Shown one piece after another: positions 1-8,350 of a stretch of DNA of 32,000 nt. A model generated the notes under the pieces. It was given only the letters and a program-made list of their open reading frames with translations, searched no databases and was not told the DNA's origin. The DNA comes from Microcystis aeruginosa NIES-843. Its GTDB lineage: Bacteria; Cyanobacteriota; Cyanobacteriia; Cyanobacteriales; Microcystaceae. A program made the position numbers and the translations under genes. The stretch lies in contig NC_010296.1 in NCBI RefSeq assembly GCF_000010625.1, positions 510,001-542,000 on the forward strand, read 5' to 3'. Each line of letters starts with the position of its first letter. Position 1 is the stretch's first letter.

Positions 1-195
1 CTGATGGAACGACAAAATTAAATAAGTGTGTTCCTGCTGGGACACCCGGACTATTACCTTGAAGGGTTTCAATCTGCCTATGAAAATATAGCGGTATGCA
101 GTGAGTTTTAGCATATAATAAGTCTAGGCGTGTAGCTTTAGCTAAGGTACGAAACCCAACAATTACTGCCTATTGAAATTAACGTCTAGTTTCGC

Positions 196-363
196 ATGAC
201 CAAGATCCTCATCATACTTGATATAATGAGATTACAGACTGTTTTTATTCAACTAAGAGACATGAAATCCATGATAACAATACCTATCACCCTAGAACAA
301 CTCATTTCTGTCATTCAACAATTACAGCCCAGTGAGCGTACAAAAATAGCCAATCTTTCTTAG
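196..363 (+). CDS. small hypothetical ORF (55 aa from ATG 196, or 33 aa from ATG 262)
   Basis: Hand translation ends ...MKSMITIPITLEQLISVIQQLQPSERTKIANLS with stop TAG at 361-363. It is below the ORF-track size cutoff. I recognise no family and it may be a remnant. Confidence 0.2.
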   Translation: MTKILIILDIMRLQTVFIQLRDMKSMITIPITLEQLISVIQQLQPSERTKIANLS

Positions 364-609
364 AATATTTAACAGAATAAATCTGATCGCCTATTTGATA
401 ATGATCATGCGATCGCTGATAGGTTATACTAAATCCGGTTATTAAAAACTGATTATTTATTCCCCTTGCCTTTTGCCTCTTGCCTTTTGCCTCTCCTCAT
501 AACTAGCCTGTACTCAACGGATTTAGTATTAGATATATTAACAGAGTATTGACAACAAAACAAAACTTGATTATGGACATTACTATTCACTTTGGTAAAC
601 GATATAAGC

Positions 610-766
610 ATGGAGCAAAATTGGCAATCGGGGAATCCATTACCAATGGCAAAACAAGCTGAGATCGATCCTCGTAAATTCACTGAATACTCTATGAATC
701 CATTCAATACTAACAATCAAGGAAAATGGCAAGCATTTATGATTCTTGGATATAATATAGAAAGTT
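610..766 (+). pseudogene. DUF6883-like protein, N-terminal part only, ORF cut by the group II intron
   Basis: MEQNWQSGNPLPMAKQAEIDPRKFTEYSMNPFNTNNQGKWQAFMILGYNIES fits my recollection of the DUF6883 N-terminal pattern (LP.A..A.I...K...Y..N....GK...F..LGY). Family members are roughly twice as long. All three frames after the intron (from 3383) reach a stop within about 6 codons. Confidence 0.4.
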
Positions 767-1460
767 GTGCGAAACGTTTAGGCATGAAATAGGGCTGAAA
801 TGCCCGAAATAACCGCCTAGTAAGGTCTTCAGTCCCCCGACTGAATCTAAGAGGTCAACCCAGACCAACCTTATAACTGTTTATATGTCCCAACGTTTAG
901 TATCACCCGATACCAAATCAGGCAAGGGGACTCAAGGTCAATACACTTTGTAACAATCAATCACAAATCGTTACAAAGCTGAGAGTAACGGCGATAGCCA
1001 CCCCCAGATTCAGAAGTCACAACTCTGGGACTGAAGCGGGGAACGGAAGGCTCCTAGATGTAACCTAACATCCAAACCGAGACCACTGCCAACCATCCAA
1101 GATTAGGCGTGAGCCAAATGTCCGACTTGAACCATCGTAAACATTGAGTAGTGAAATAGGTTGACACACTACATTCAAAAGAATAAGGGGAATAGTGAGG
1201 GTCTTACCTTTCCCACTCACACAGACCTTTAAAGTACCCCGGTGGAGAGGACAAATCTAAAGATGGAATGCCCATATAAACGGAACGTTATAAACCCTTT
1301 TAGGCTCTGAGTATCGGTCGAAATACCCAGTAGCGATAAGTGTAAGCGCAAGCCTTCAAGGGTGTGAGATGTAACCAAAAGCCAACGCCTGACAGTAATA
1401 ATCAGGATATGCTGACGGGTTACGGTTTGATTGTAAGGATAGAGTCTAGTAGGAGTCTAT

Positions 1461-3305
1461 ATGACGAAATCGAGAGAAGGTAAAGGATTCGGGAAACCGA
1501 AAACCACTAAGACTACGAATGTATGGAAAACTATCAATTGGGCAAAAGTCCAAAGATATGTTTTCAAGCTCCAAAAGAGGATATACCAAGCGGCTAAATC
1601 GGGACAGGATGCAAAGGTTAGAAGGTTGCAACGTCTATTGGTGAAATCATACTATGCTCGTTTATTAGCAGTTCGCAAAGTAACCCAAGATAATCAAGGA
1701 AAGAAAACAGCAGGAGTCGATGGAATGATAGCAATATCCCCAGAACAAAGGCTAAATCTAACCGAAGAAATCAAAGGAACACTTAAAGCAAAACCGCTAA
1801 GAAGGGTATGGATTCCTAAACCCGGCAGGGATGAAAAACGCCCATTAGGAATACCAACCATCAAAGACAGAGCTAGACAAGCGTTGATTAAATCGGCACT
1901 TGAACCAGAATGGGAGTCAAAAATGGAAGGAACCAGCTATGGTTTCCGACCCGGAAGGTCTGACCATGACGCTATATCAAGGATATACATCACCATTAAT
2001 CAAAGTAGCTACTTTGTATTAGATGCTGATATTGCCAAGTGTTTTGACCGAATTAATCACGACTTTTTACTGTCCAAAATTCATTGTCCAAGTTCCCTGA
2101 AAAGAGACATAAAACAATGGCTCAAAGCAGGAGTTTTGGATAACGGTGTATTTGAAGAAACAGAAACAGGGACACCACAAGGAGGGGTAATAAGTCCACT
2201 ACTAGCCAACATCGCACTGGATGGAATGGCAAGATTAATTGAAACACTATTTCCCAAAAAGGGAAATGGTAAAAATCAAGCTGTTTTAATAAGGTACGCC
2301 GATGATTTTGTGGTGATTTCACCATCACTCGAAATCATTGAACAGTGCAAAACTGCCATTTCTGAATGGTTAAAGCCTATTGGATTAGAACTTAAACCAG
2401 AAAAAACCAGAGTGTGTCACACACTCAAACCTATTGAATACAATGGGAAAATGGAAGAACCCGGTTTTGACTTTCTAGGATTCAATATCAGGCAATATCC
2501 AGTAGGAAAATACAAATCTGGGAAAGATGGGGCAAAACGATTAATTGGTCACAAAACCCACATCAAACCCAGCCAAAAAGCAGTTAAAACCCACACAGAA
2601 GCGATTAAAGGTGTAATCAAAAAACACAAAACAGCACCTCAATCAGCCCTGATTAGTCGACTAAACCCAATCATTAGAGGTTGGGCTAACTACTACTCAG
2701 GAGTAGTATCTATGGATACCTTCAATAAACTAGACAATACAACCTGGTTAATGTTAAGGGCATGGACAGTATCAAGATGCGGTAAAGCGAACTACGAAAA
2801 GCTGAGAAATTATTTTAGACCGGATACAGTTAAACTCAGCAATGGGAAAGAAAGACACGAATCTTGGTTATTCAAAACCAAAAACGGTCTCTATCTATGG
2901 AAACATAATTGGACACCAATCGTCAGACATACCCTAGTACGCCCCGACGCATCACCATTTGACGGAAATTGGACTTACTGGGCGACCAGACGAGGACAAG
3001 CAATCGACACACCGACAAGAGTAGCCAAACTACTCAAAAAGCAACAAGGCAAGTGTAGCCGATGTGGGCAGTATTTCACCCCATCGGATTTAATTGAAGT
3101 TGACCACATTCACCCTCTAAGCTTAGGCGGAAAGGATGAATACAAGAACCTTCAATTACTACACCGCCACTGTCACGATGATAAATCGGCATCTGATGGA
3201 AGCCCAAAATCATCTACGCTAACACCATTAGAAGTTAGTATAGATAATACAAGGACAACCAAAAGAAGTCAAGCTGTATCCTTAACAAGGGAACAGTCAA
3301 ACTAG
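1461..3305 (+). CDS. group II intron-encoded protein: reverse transcriptase / maturase / HNH endonuclease
   Basis: RT motifs are RPLGIPTIKDRARQ, GFRPGRSDHDA, GTPQGGVISPLLANIALDG and IRYADDFVV. The maturase X motif is IIRGWANYYSG. The C-terminal HNH is CSRCG...EVDHIHPLSLGGKDEYKNLQLLHRHCHDDK. Confidence 0.95.
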   Translation: MTKSREGKGFGKPKTTKTTNVWKTINWAKVQRYVFKLQKRIYQAAKSGQDAKVRRLQRLLVKSYYARLLAVRKVTQDNQGKKTAGVDGMIAISPEQRLNLTEEIKGTLKAKPLRRVWIPKPGRDEKRPLGIPTIKDRARQALIKSALEPEWESKMEGTSYGFRPGRSDHDAISRIYITINQSSYFVLDADIAKCFDRINHDFLLSKIHCPSSLKRDIKQWLKAGVLDNGVFEETETGTPQGGVISPLLANIALDGMARLIETLFPKKGNGKNQAVLIRYADDFVVISPSLEIIEQCKTAISEWLKPIGLELKPEKTRVCHTLKPIEYNGKMEEPGFDFLGFNIRQYPVGKYKSGKDGAKRLIGHKTHIKPSQKAVKTHTEAIKGVIKKHKTAPQSALISRLNPIIRGWANYYSGVVSMDTFNKLDNTTWLMLRAWTVSRCGKANYEKLRNYFRPDTVKLSNGKERHESWLFKTKNGLYLWKHNWTPIVRHTLVRPDASPFDGNWTYWATRRGQAIDTPTRVAKLLKKQQGKCSRCGQYFTPSDLIEVDHIHPLSLGGKDEYKNLQLLHRHCHDDKSASDGSPKSSTLTPLEVSIDNTRTTKRSQAVSLTREQSN

Positions 3306-3382
3306 GAGCCGTGTGAGGTGAAAGTCTCATGCACGGTTCTGAATGGGAGGGGAGGTCGGTGACGACCTTCTCGACCCCTAAT
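3306..3382 (+). ncRNA. group II intron domains V and VI (catalytic core and branch-point helix)
   Basis: A 34-nt domain V consensus lies immediately after the IEP stop codon, followed by a domain VI hairpin with unpaired A residues. Confidence 0.75.
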
Positions 3383-3530
3383 CTTTAACTGAGGGTTAAC
3401 TTCGTTTGATGATCCCTTTTTTTGGGAAACTTTTATTTTCATTTATTTTCATTATTTTAAACTTATAATCGTTTAAGAACTATACCATATTTTTATTAGC
3501 ATTGACGATGACAATTATCACAATTCCACA

Positions 3531-3846
3531 CTTAAACCCTTTGGTGCGATCACTTTTGCTAAAAGGACGAGTTATACTAAATCCAAAAATGGCTTTTAGT
3601 TGTCAGCTAAATTTTTGCGCCAATTTCGTCAAATTGCTTCAAGAGATTTGATTGCGAACGCCACTGAAAGCAGCGTATGCGATCGCTACTTAAACCCTTT
3701 GGTGCGATCACTTTTGCTAAAAGGACGAGTTATACTAAATCCAAAAATGGCTTTTAGTTGTCAGCTAAATTTTTGCGCCAATTTCGTCAAATTGCTTCAA
3801 GAGATTTGATTGCGAACGCCACTGAAACCAGCGTATGCGATCGCTA
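3531..3846. repeat. tandem duplication, 2 x 158 bp, one mismatch (g3670 vs c3828)
   Basis: 3531-3688 and 3689-3846 are identical except for one base. Each unit contains the last ~49 bp of ruvC plus about 109 bp of downstream sequence. The copy junction abuts GCGATCGC (HIP1). Confidence 0.9.
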
Positions 3847-4282
3847 TAGCATCTACAGCGTCATTAATAGGCATTTTTGTCAATCCGAATAAATACTTAA
3901 TTTGTTCGGCCACCTCAGCTTTAGTGGCCTTACCATGGCCGAGATGACATTTCCAACTAGCTTGATGGAGGAAAATCGGTTCAATTCCCCCATCGCGGCA
4001 GCTAACTAGATTGATAATTCCCAATGCTTGCAGGACTCCACCAGCTGCCTTGATTTGCCGGTTAAAAAAGGGCATTTCCACGGCAATTTCCCCCGGTTTA
4101 TATTCTGCGATTAACTCCTTTAAATCCCGTTCAATTTCGATCAAACGCTGGGCAGTAGAAAGATTTTTAGAAGTTTCGATCGTGCCGTAATCGACTAAAA
4201 TCGGCATTAACTCACTATTATCCCGGAGAATAGCCCAACCGACAATCGCTAATCCGGGGTCGATACCCAACCAAGTAGTCAT
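3797..4282 (-). CDS. ruvC: crossover junction endodeoxyribonuclease RuvC
   Basis: 161 aa. It has the N-terminal WLGIDPGLAIVGWAIL catalytic Asp motif and the C-terminal NDAVDAIAIAYAG motif, and the length is typical of RuvC. Confidence 0.9.
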   Translation of the reverse strand: MTTWLGIDPGLAIVGWAILRDNSELMPILVDYGTIETSKNLSTAQRLIEIERDLKELIAEYKPGEIAVEMPFFNRQIKAAGGVLQALGIINLVSCRDGGIEPIFLHQASWKCHLGHGKATKAEVAEQIKYLFGLTKMPINDAVDAIAIAYAGFSGVRNQIS

Positions 4283-4285
4283 AGA

Positions 4286-5404
4286 TTAAGCCAAAAAATC
4301 TTGGACGATTTGGAGGATTCTTTGGGATGCTTGTCCATCTCCAAAAGGATTAATGGCATTAGCCATACGATCATAGGCGATTTTATCCCCTAATAATTCT
4401 CCCGCTTGTGCTAAAATTTGCTCTGGATTAGTACCAATTAATTTCGCTGTTCCCGCTTGTACTGCTTCCGGTCTTTCCGTGGTTTCTCGCAATACTAAAA
4501 CCGGTTTTCCTAAACTAGGGGCTTCTTCTTGAATGCCCCCCGAATCAGTTAATAATAAATAACAGCGTTGAATCGCCCCCACTAACTCGGCATAATCGAT
4601 AGGTTCAGTTAAAAATACCCTGGGATGATTGCCCAAAGCGGACTTTATTGGTTCTCGGACGGTGGGATTGCGATGGAGGGGTAATAATAGGGCTGTATCG
4701 GCATATTTTTCTAACAACAAAGTGAATCCTTTGATAATATCCTGTAAGGGTTCGCCCCAATTTTCCCGGCGGTGAACCGTAGCTAATAAAACCCGATAAT
4801 CTGACCAATTTAAGCCCGCAATTTGACATTCTGGTGCGGTTTTGGCTACGCTTAATAAAGCATCAATAACTGTATTACCGGTGTGGTGAATATTTCCTGT
4901 CACCCCAGATTTTTGTAAGTTTTCCACGGCTAAAGTAGTGGGAGCAAAATGTAGGGTAGTCAGTTGAGAAATTAGGCGGCGATTAGCTTCTTCGGGATAG
5001 GGATTATAGATATCATTAGTTCTTAATCCTGCCTCTACATGGGCGATAGGAATTTGTTGATAAAAAGCCGCTAAAGCAGCAGCAAAAGCCGTGGTAGTAT
5101 CACCTTGCACAATAATTAAATCTGGTTTTATGCGCTCAAAAACCGTTTCTAAACCCCGTAAACTGCGGCAAGTAATATCAGTTAAGGTTTGACGGGTTTG
5201 CATAATATCCAGATTTTCATCTGCTTTTAAAGCAAATAATTCCATCACCTGCGCTACCATTTCTTTATGCTGTCCCGTCAGAATTACATGGGTTTGAAAC
5301 TGTTCCGATTCTTGAAAAGCACGAATAACGGGAGCTAATTTAATCGCTTCAGGACGAGTTCCAAGAGTAATACAAATTGATTTCAACATATTATTATCAG
5401 TCAT
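4286..5404 (-). CDS. wecB: UDP-N-acetylglucosamine 2-epimerase (non-hydrolysing)
   Basis: 372 aa with LGTRPEAIKLAPV, HVEAGLRTN and DSGGIQEEAPSLGKPVLVLRETTERPEAV. The gap to ruvC is 3 bp, so the two are probably co-transcribed. The true start may be the internal Met (MLKSICITLG). Confidence 0.9.
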   Translation of the reverse strand: MTDNNMLKSICITLGTRPEAIKLAPVIRAFQESEQFQTHVILTGQHKEMVAQVMELFALKADENLDIMQTRQTLTDITCRSLRGLETVFERIKPDLIIVQGDTTTAFAAALAAFYQQIPIAHVEAGLRTNDIYNPYPEEANRRLISQLTTLHFAPTTLAVENLQKSGVTGNIHHTGNTVIDALLSVAKTAPECQIAGLNWSDYRVLLATVHRRENWGEPLQDIIKGFTLLLEKYADTALLLPLHRNPTVREPIKSALGNHPRVFLTEPIDYAELVGAIQRCYLLLTDSGGIQEEAPSLGKPVLVLRETTERPEAVQAGTAKLIGTNPEQILAQAGELLGDKIAYDRMANAINPFGDGQASQRILQIVQDFLA

Positions 5405-5422
5405 CAGTTATTTTAGCCGTCA

Positions 5423-5541
<119 letters not shown>

Positions 5542-5560
5542 ATTTTTATTTATTCTCCCT

Positions 5561-5612
5561 AATTCATAATTCATAATTCATAATTCATAATTCACAATTC
5601 ATAATTCATAAT
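5561..5612. repeat. heptanucleotide tandem array AATTCAT x7 (one AATTCAC variant)
   Basis: Direct reading of the sequence. It lies 26 nt downstream of the mlaD-like stop codon. Confidence 0.9.
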
Positions 5613-5637
5613 CTATCGCTTGAATTGTGCTGTTTTG

Positions 5638-6969
5638 TCATTTTTCACTCGTGGGTGGTTGTTGAACGATAAATTGGGGATAGAGTTGCATTTGCTTAGG
5701 ATTTAAAGGTCGAGAGATGGTCAAAACTTTTTGTTTAGCTAACTCTTGAGTCATGGTATCTAAAGTTTGAGCGATACGCAAATTATATTCTAATTGTTCC
5801 CCGGAAGAAAGCAGATTACTTAAGCCATCGATTAAACGTCTTAAATTCTCGCGAAATTGGGGATCACCAATTAACTCATCGATATCGGAGGTGATTTTTT
5901 GAGTATTTTCAAAAGTCACCCTAGCGGATTCGAGAGTTTTTTGCAGTACGACAATTGTAGCAGGATCGTTAATAGTTTTAGTAATTTCTCGTAAATTATT
6001 CGATGTTTCCACCGCATTATTCAAAATAGTCTCGATATTTTGCATGACTTGTTTAGTATCAATTTCATCTAAACCTGCATTCAACCTCAGGGCGGTATTA
6101 TTGAGATTATTAGCGAGACTACCAATACCTAAACTAGCTTGATTAATATTACCGAGAGTATCAACAATTTGTCCGCGATTTTCGCTGAGAACAGCATTGA
6201 GATTAGCGACCAATTGGGAAGATTGTTGAAAAGTCCTGCTGATTTGACTGCGATTTTCCTGAACGGTATTATCTAAAGTATTGACAAAACGGGAGGCATT
6301 ATTAGCTGTATTAGTGACCGAGCGACTGGTGGTAGCTAATTCCAAAGATAGACGAGAGATTTCTCTTTGGGCATTACGGATAGTCTGGGAGGTATCATCG
6401 GATAAACGGGCGATTTTTTGAGCTGCTATAGCGGTATTTTTGGTGACATCATTGAGATTACCCACAAATTCAGGACTGGTAAAAGTATCCACTAAACGAC
6501 CAACACTAGACATTAATTGTGTTCCTGTTGTCCCCTGTAAACGAGTATTATTACAGAGAATTAACTGTTGATCACAGTCGGGAGCCAGAGGGTCGAGATT
6601 TTTGGCCTCAGCACTTAAAGAAACTAAGGGAGTGATATCGATGGCTGCCTCACCAATTAATCCGGAAAGATTGGTAGTAACAGTTACCTTCCTAGGCATA
6701 ACTAAAGTAGCAGAAGCGATTTCGGCAATAACTTCCACTTGATTGCTTCCCGGGATAAAACTTGTAATTCTTCCCACTCTCACCCCGCGAAAACGCACCG
6801 GCGCCCCGACTTGTAACCCTTCCACGTCGGCAAACTCGAAGATTAATTGATAGGTTCTTTGACCAAATCCCCCCCCGCGAACCCAGATAGCGAGCGCCCC
6901 AAAGACCAATAATCCGCCTAGAGCAAACAAACCTAGTCTTCCTTCCCGTAAAGCTCGCGAACTCTGCAT
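5638..6969 (-). CDS. MlaD/MCE-domain protein with a long C-terminal helical extension (TGD2-like)
   Basis: N-terminal TM helix (LGLFALGGLLVFGALAIWV). MCE domain: YQLIFEFADVEGLQVGAPVRFRGVRVGRI...GLIGEAAIDITP. This is followed by about 300 aa of N/S/T/Q-rich helical sequence. It sits directly downstream of the MlaF-like ATPase. Confidence 0.8.
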   Translation of the reverse strand: MQSSRALREGRLGLFALGGLLVFGALAIWVRGGGFGQRTYQLIFEFADVEGLQVGAPVRFRGVRVGRITSFIPGSNQVEVIAEIASATLVMPRKVTVTTNLSGLIGEAAIDITPLVSLSAEAKNLDPLAPDCDQQLILCNNTRLQGTTGTQLMSSVGRLVDTFTSPEFVGNLNDVTKNTAIAAQKIARLSDDTSQTIRNAQREISRLSLELATTSRSVTNTANNASRFVNTLDNTVQENRSQISRTFQQSSQLVANLNAVLSENRGQIVDTLGNINQASLGIGSLANNLNNTALRLNAGLDEIDTKQVMQNIETILNNAVETSNNLREITKTINDPATIVVLQKTLESARVTFENTQKITSDIDELIGDPQFRENLRRLIDGLSNLLSSGEQLEYNLRIAQTLDTMTQELAKQKVLTISRPLNPKQMQLYPQFIVQQPPTSEK

Positions 6970-7015
6970 GATTTTTCTCTCATTCTCGATAGTTCTTAAT
7001 TTAGCTTAATCTAGC

Positions 7016-7801
7016 TTAAACGATTGTCCTAATCGGGCCTTCAATGCTGGCGCTAAAAAATTGCCGGATCATGGGATGATCGGTACGATCGATATCTGCC
7101 ACTAATCCCTGCCATTGCACTTTTCCCTGATAGAGAAATACTACTCGATCGGCGGTGCGTCGGATGGTACTTTGTTGGTGAGAAACCATCACATAAGTGT
7201 TCGCAGACCCTGATTTTTCATGGAGAGTCCGCACTAGATCCTCGATAATTGTGGAAGCTATCGGGTCTAATCCGGCGGTAGGTTCATCATACAGCAGTAA
7301 TTCTGGATTATCGGCCGGATTATCGGGATTAGTGATAATAGCGCGGGCAAAAGCCACCCGTTTACGCATTCCTCCCGATAGTTCCGAGGGATAAAGGTCA
7401 CTAATTCCCTGTAAACCGACCATTTCCAGGCTTTTTTCCACTAATTCCCTAATTCTGGCTTTTTTTAAATTAGTTTGTTCATAAAGATAAAAACCGACAT
7501 TTTCCCCGACGGTGAGAGAATCAAACAGGGCCGTTTGTTGAAAAACTAAGGAAGTTCGCATCGCTTCTCGACCATCTTCTAGCAATCCCTGACGCAATTG
7601 ACCTTTAATACGAATTTCTCCAGCATTTATCCCCGTTAATCCCGCAATTAACCGTAAAACCGTTGATTTTCCCGTTCCCGACGGCCCGATAATTACTAGG
7701 GCCTCCCCTCGATAAATGGTTAAATCTAAACCATCGAGAATAACATTATCCCCGAATCTTTTCGATACTCCTCTCAATTCAATTAACGGTTCTTTAATCA
7801 T
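7016..7801 (-). CDS. ABC transporter ATP-binding protein, MlaF/TGD3-like
   Basis: Walker A GPSGTGKST, ABC signature LSGGMRKRVAFARA, Walker B LLLYDEPTAGLDP. 261 aa. Confidence 0.9.
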   Translation of the reverse strand: MIKEPLIELRGVSKRFGDNVILDGLDLTIYRGEALVIIGPSGTGKSTVLRLIAGLTGINAGEIRIKGQLRQGLLEDGREAMRTSLVFQQTALFDSLTVGENVGFYLYEQTNLKKARIRELVEKSLEMVGLQGISDLYPSELSGGMRKRVAFARAIITNPDNPADNPELLLYDEPTAGLDPIASTIIEDLVRTLHEKSGSANTYVMVSHQQSTIRRTADRVVFLYQGKVQWQGLVADIDRTDHPMIRQFFSASIEGPIRTIV

Positions 7802-7872
7802 CGCTTAATTATCTTATAACCTCTGGAATTTTAGGGAAGTGGGGAAGTCTGACAGGTGTAGGTATTTTACAA

Positions 7873-8349
7873 CTAAGAGGAAGGGGAGTAGTAAAAAGCA
7901 TCAACGGGGGTGGGAGGGAAAGAACTCCAACGATGAAGGTGAATCGATAAACCTTTCAGTAAATCAGCAACTAGGGTAATAGAACCCAGAAGAAAACAAG
8001 AAAGCTGACGTAGAGGTTTGAGGTGGAGAGTTTTACTAAAGACAGTATGTTGGGGGGGAAGTGGCGACAAATTGGGTTCAGGAGATTGATTTTCCGCTTC
8101 TCCTCCCAGCATAACCATCCAGAGAGTAGCTACAGCCATAGCTAACCAAAGGCGTTCGGCACGCTCTGGGTCAAGCAGGCGAGTGTTTTGCCATTGCCAG
8201 CCGTCGGATTTGAGGTCGCGGTAAACACACTCCGTAGAAGGACGTAAGCCATACCAGAGGGCATCAGCCCTTTGGGGTGACAAGTCGGTCAAAACTAACC
8301 ACGGCTCTTGATAGCCAGAATCCCAACGGGCAAGCAAGGTACAGGCCAA
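7873..8349 (-). pseudogene. IS4-family transposase, C-terminal fragment
   Basis: It carries the Y-2-R-3-E-6-K signature (YGLRPSTECVYRDLK) of the third DDE region. The N-terminal half is absent. The ORF stops being open exactly where the left IR of the next IS begins (8351). Confidence 0.7.
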
Positions 8350-8350
8350 G

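Larger units (their letters stand above)
767..3382 (+). mobile_element. complete bacterial group II intron with the ORF in domain IV
   Basis: The 5' end is GTGCG at 767-771 (GUGYG consensus), followed by about 700 nt of pre-ORF RNA for domains I-III. The IEP ORF is 1461-3305. Domain V is textbook: GAGCCGTGTGAGGTGAAAGTCTCATGCACGGTTC at 3306-3339, with the AGC triad and a GAAA tetraloop. Domain VI is the hairpin GGGGAGGTCG/GTGA/CGACCT..CCCC with unpaired TCTCGA. The proposed 3' end is ...CTAAT at 3382. Length is about 2.6 kb. Ends were placed by eye and may be off by a few nt. Confidence 0.85.

Noticed and set aside
369-545. 8-bp direct repeat TTAACAGA (369-376 and 538-545) as the TSD of a 161-bp insertion
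   Set aside because: The sequence just inside the two repeats shows no terminal inverted repeat, and an 8-mer repeat at this distance can be chance.
453-716. 87-aa minus-strand ORF, and the TTG-592 start of the DUF6883-like ORF
   Set aside because: The minus-strand ORF runs through the 14-bp tandem repeat and IR region and is antisense to the DUF6883-like reading frame. ATG 610 is the more plausible start for the plus-strand ORF.
3600-3809. 69-aa plus-strand ORF
   Set aside because: It is created by reading across the two copies of the 158-bp tandem duplication. It is antisense to the ruvC 3' end and has no protein-like features.
4605-4829. Short ORFs overlapping strong genes in other frames or strands (also 2122-2328, 7197-7394, 11286-11580, 12002-12217, 12990-13178, 13356-13640, 13409-13627, 14252-15151, 16174-16624, 18070-18679, 19229-19429, 21694-21912, 22222-22455, 23423-23869, 25288-25554, 29185-30087, 31266-31632)
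   Set aside because: These are shadow ORFs inside well-supported genes. They have no independent motifs and odd composition.
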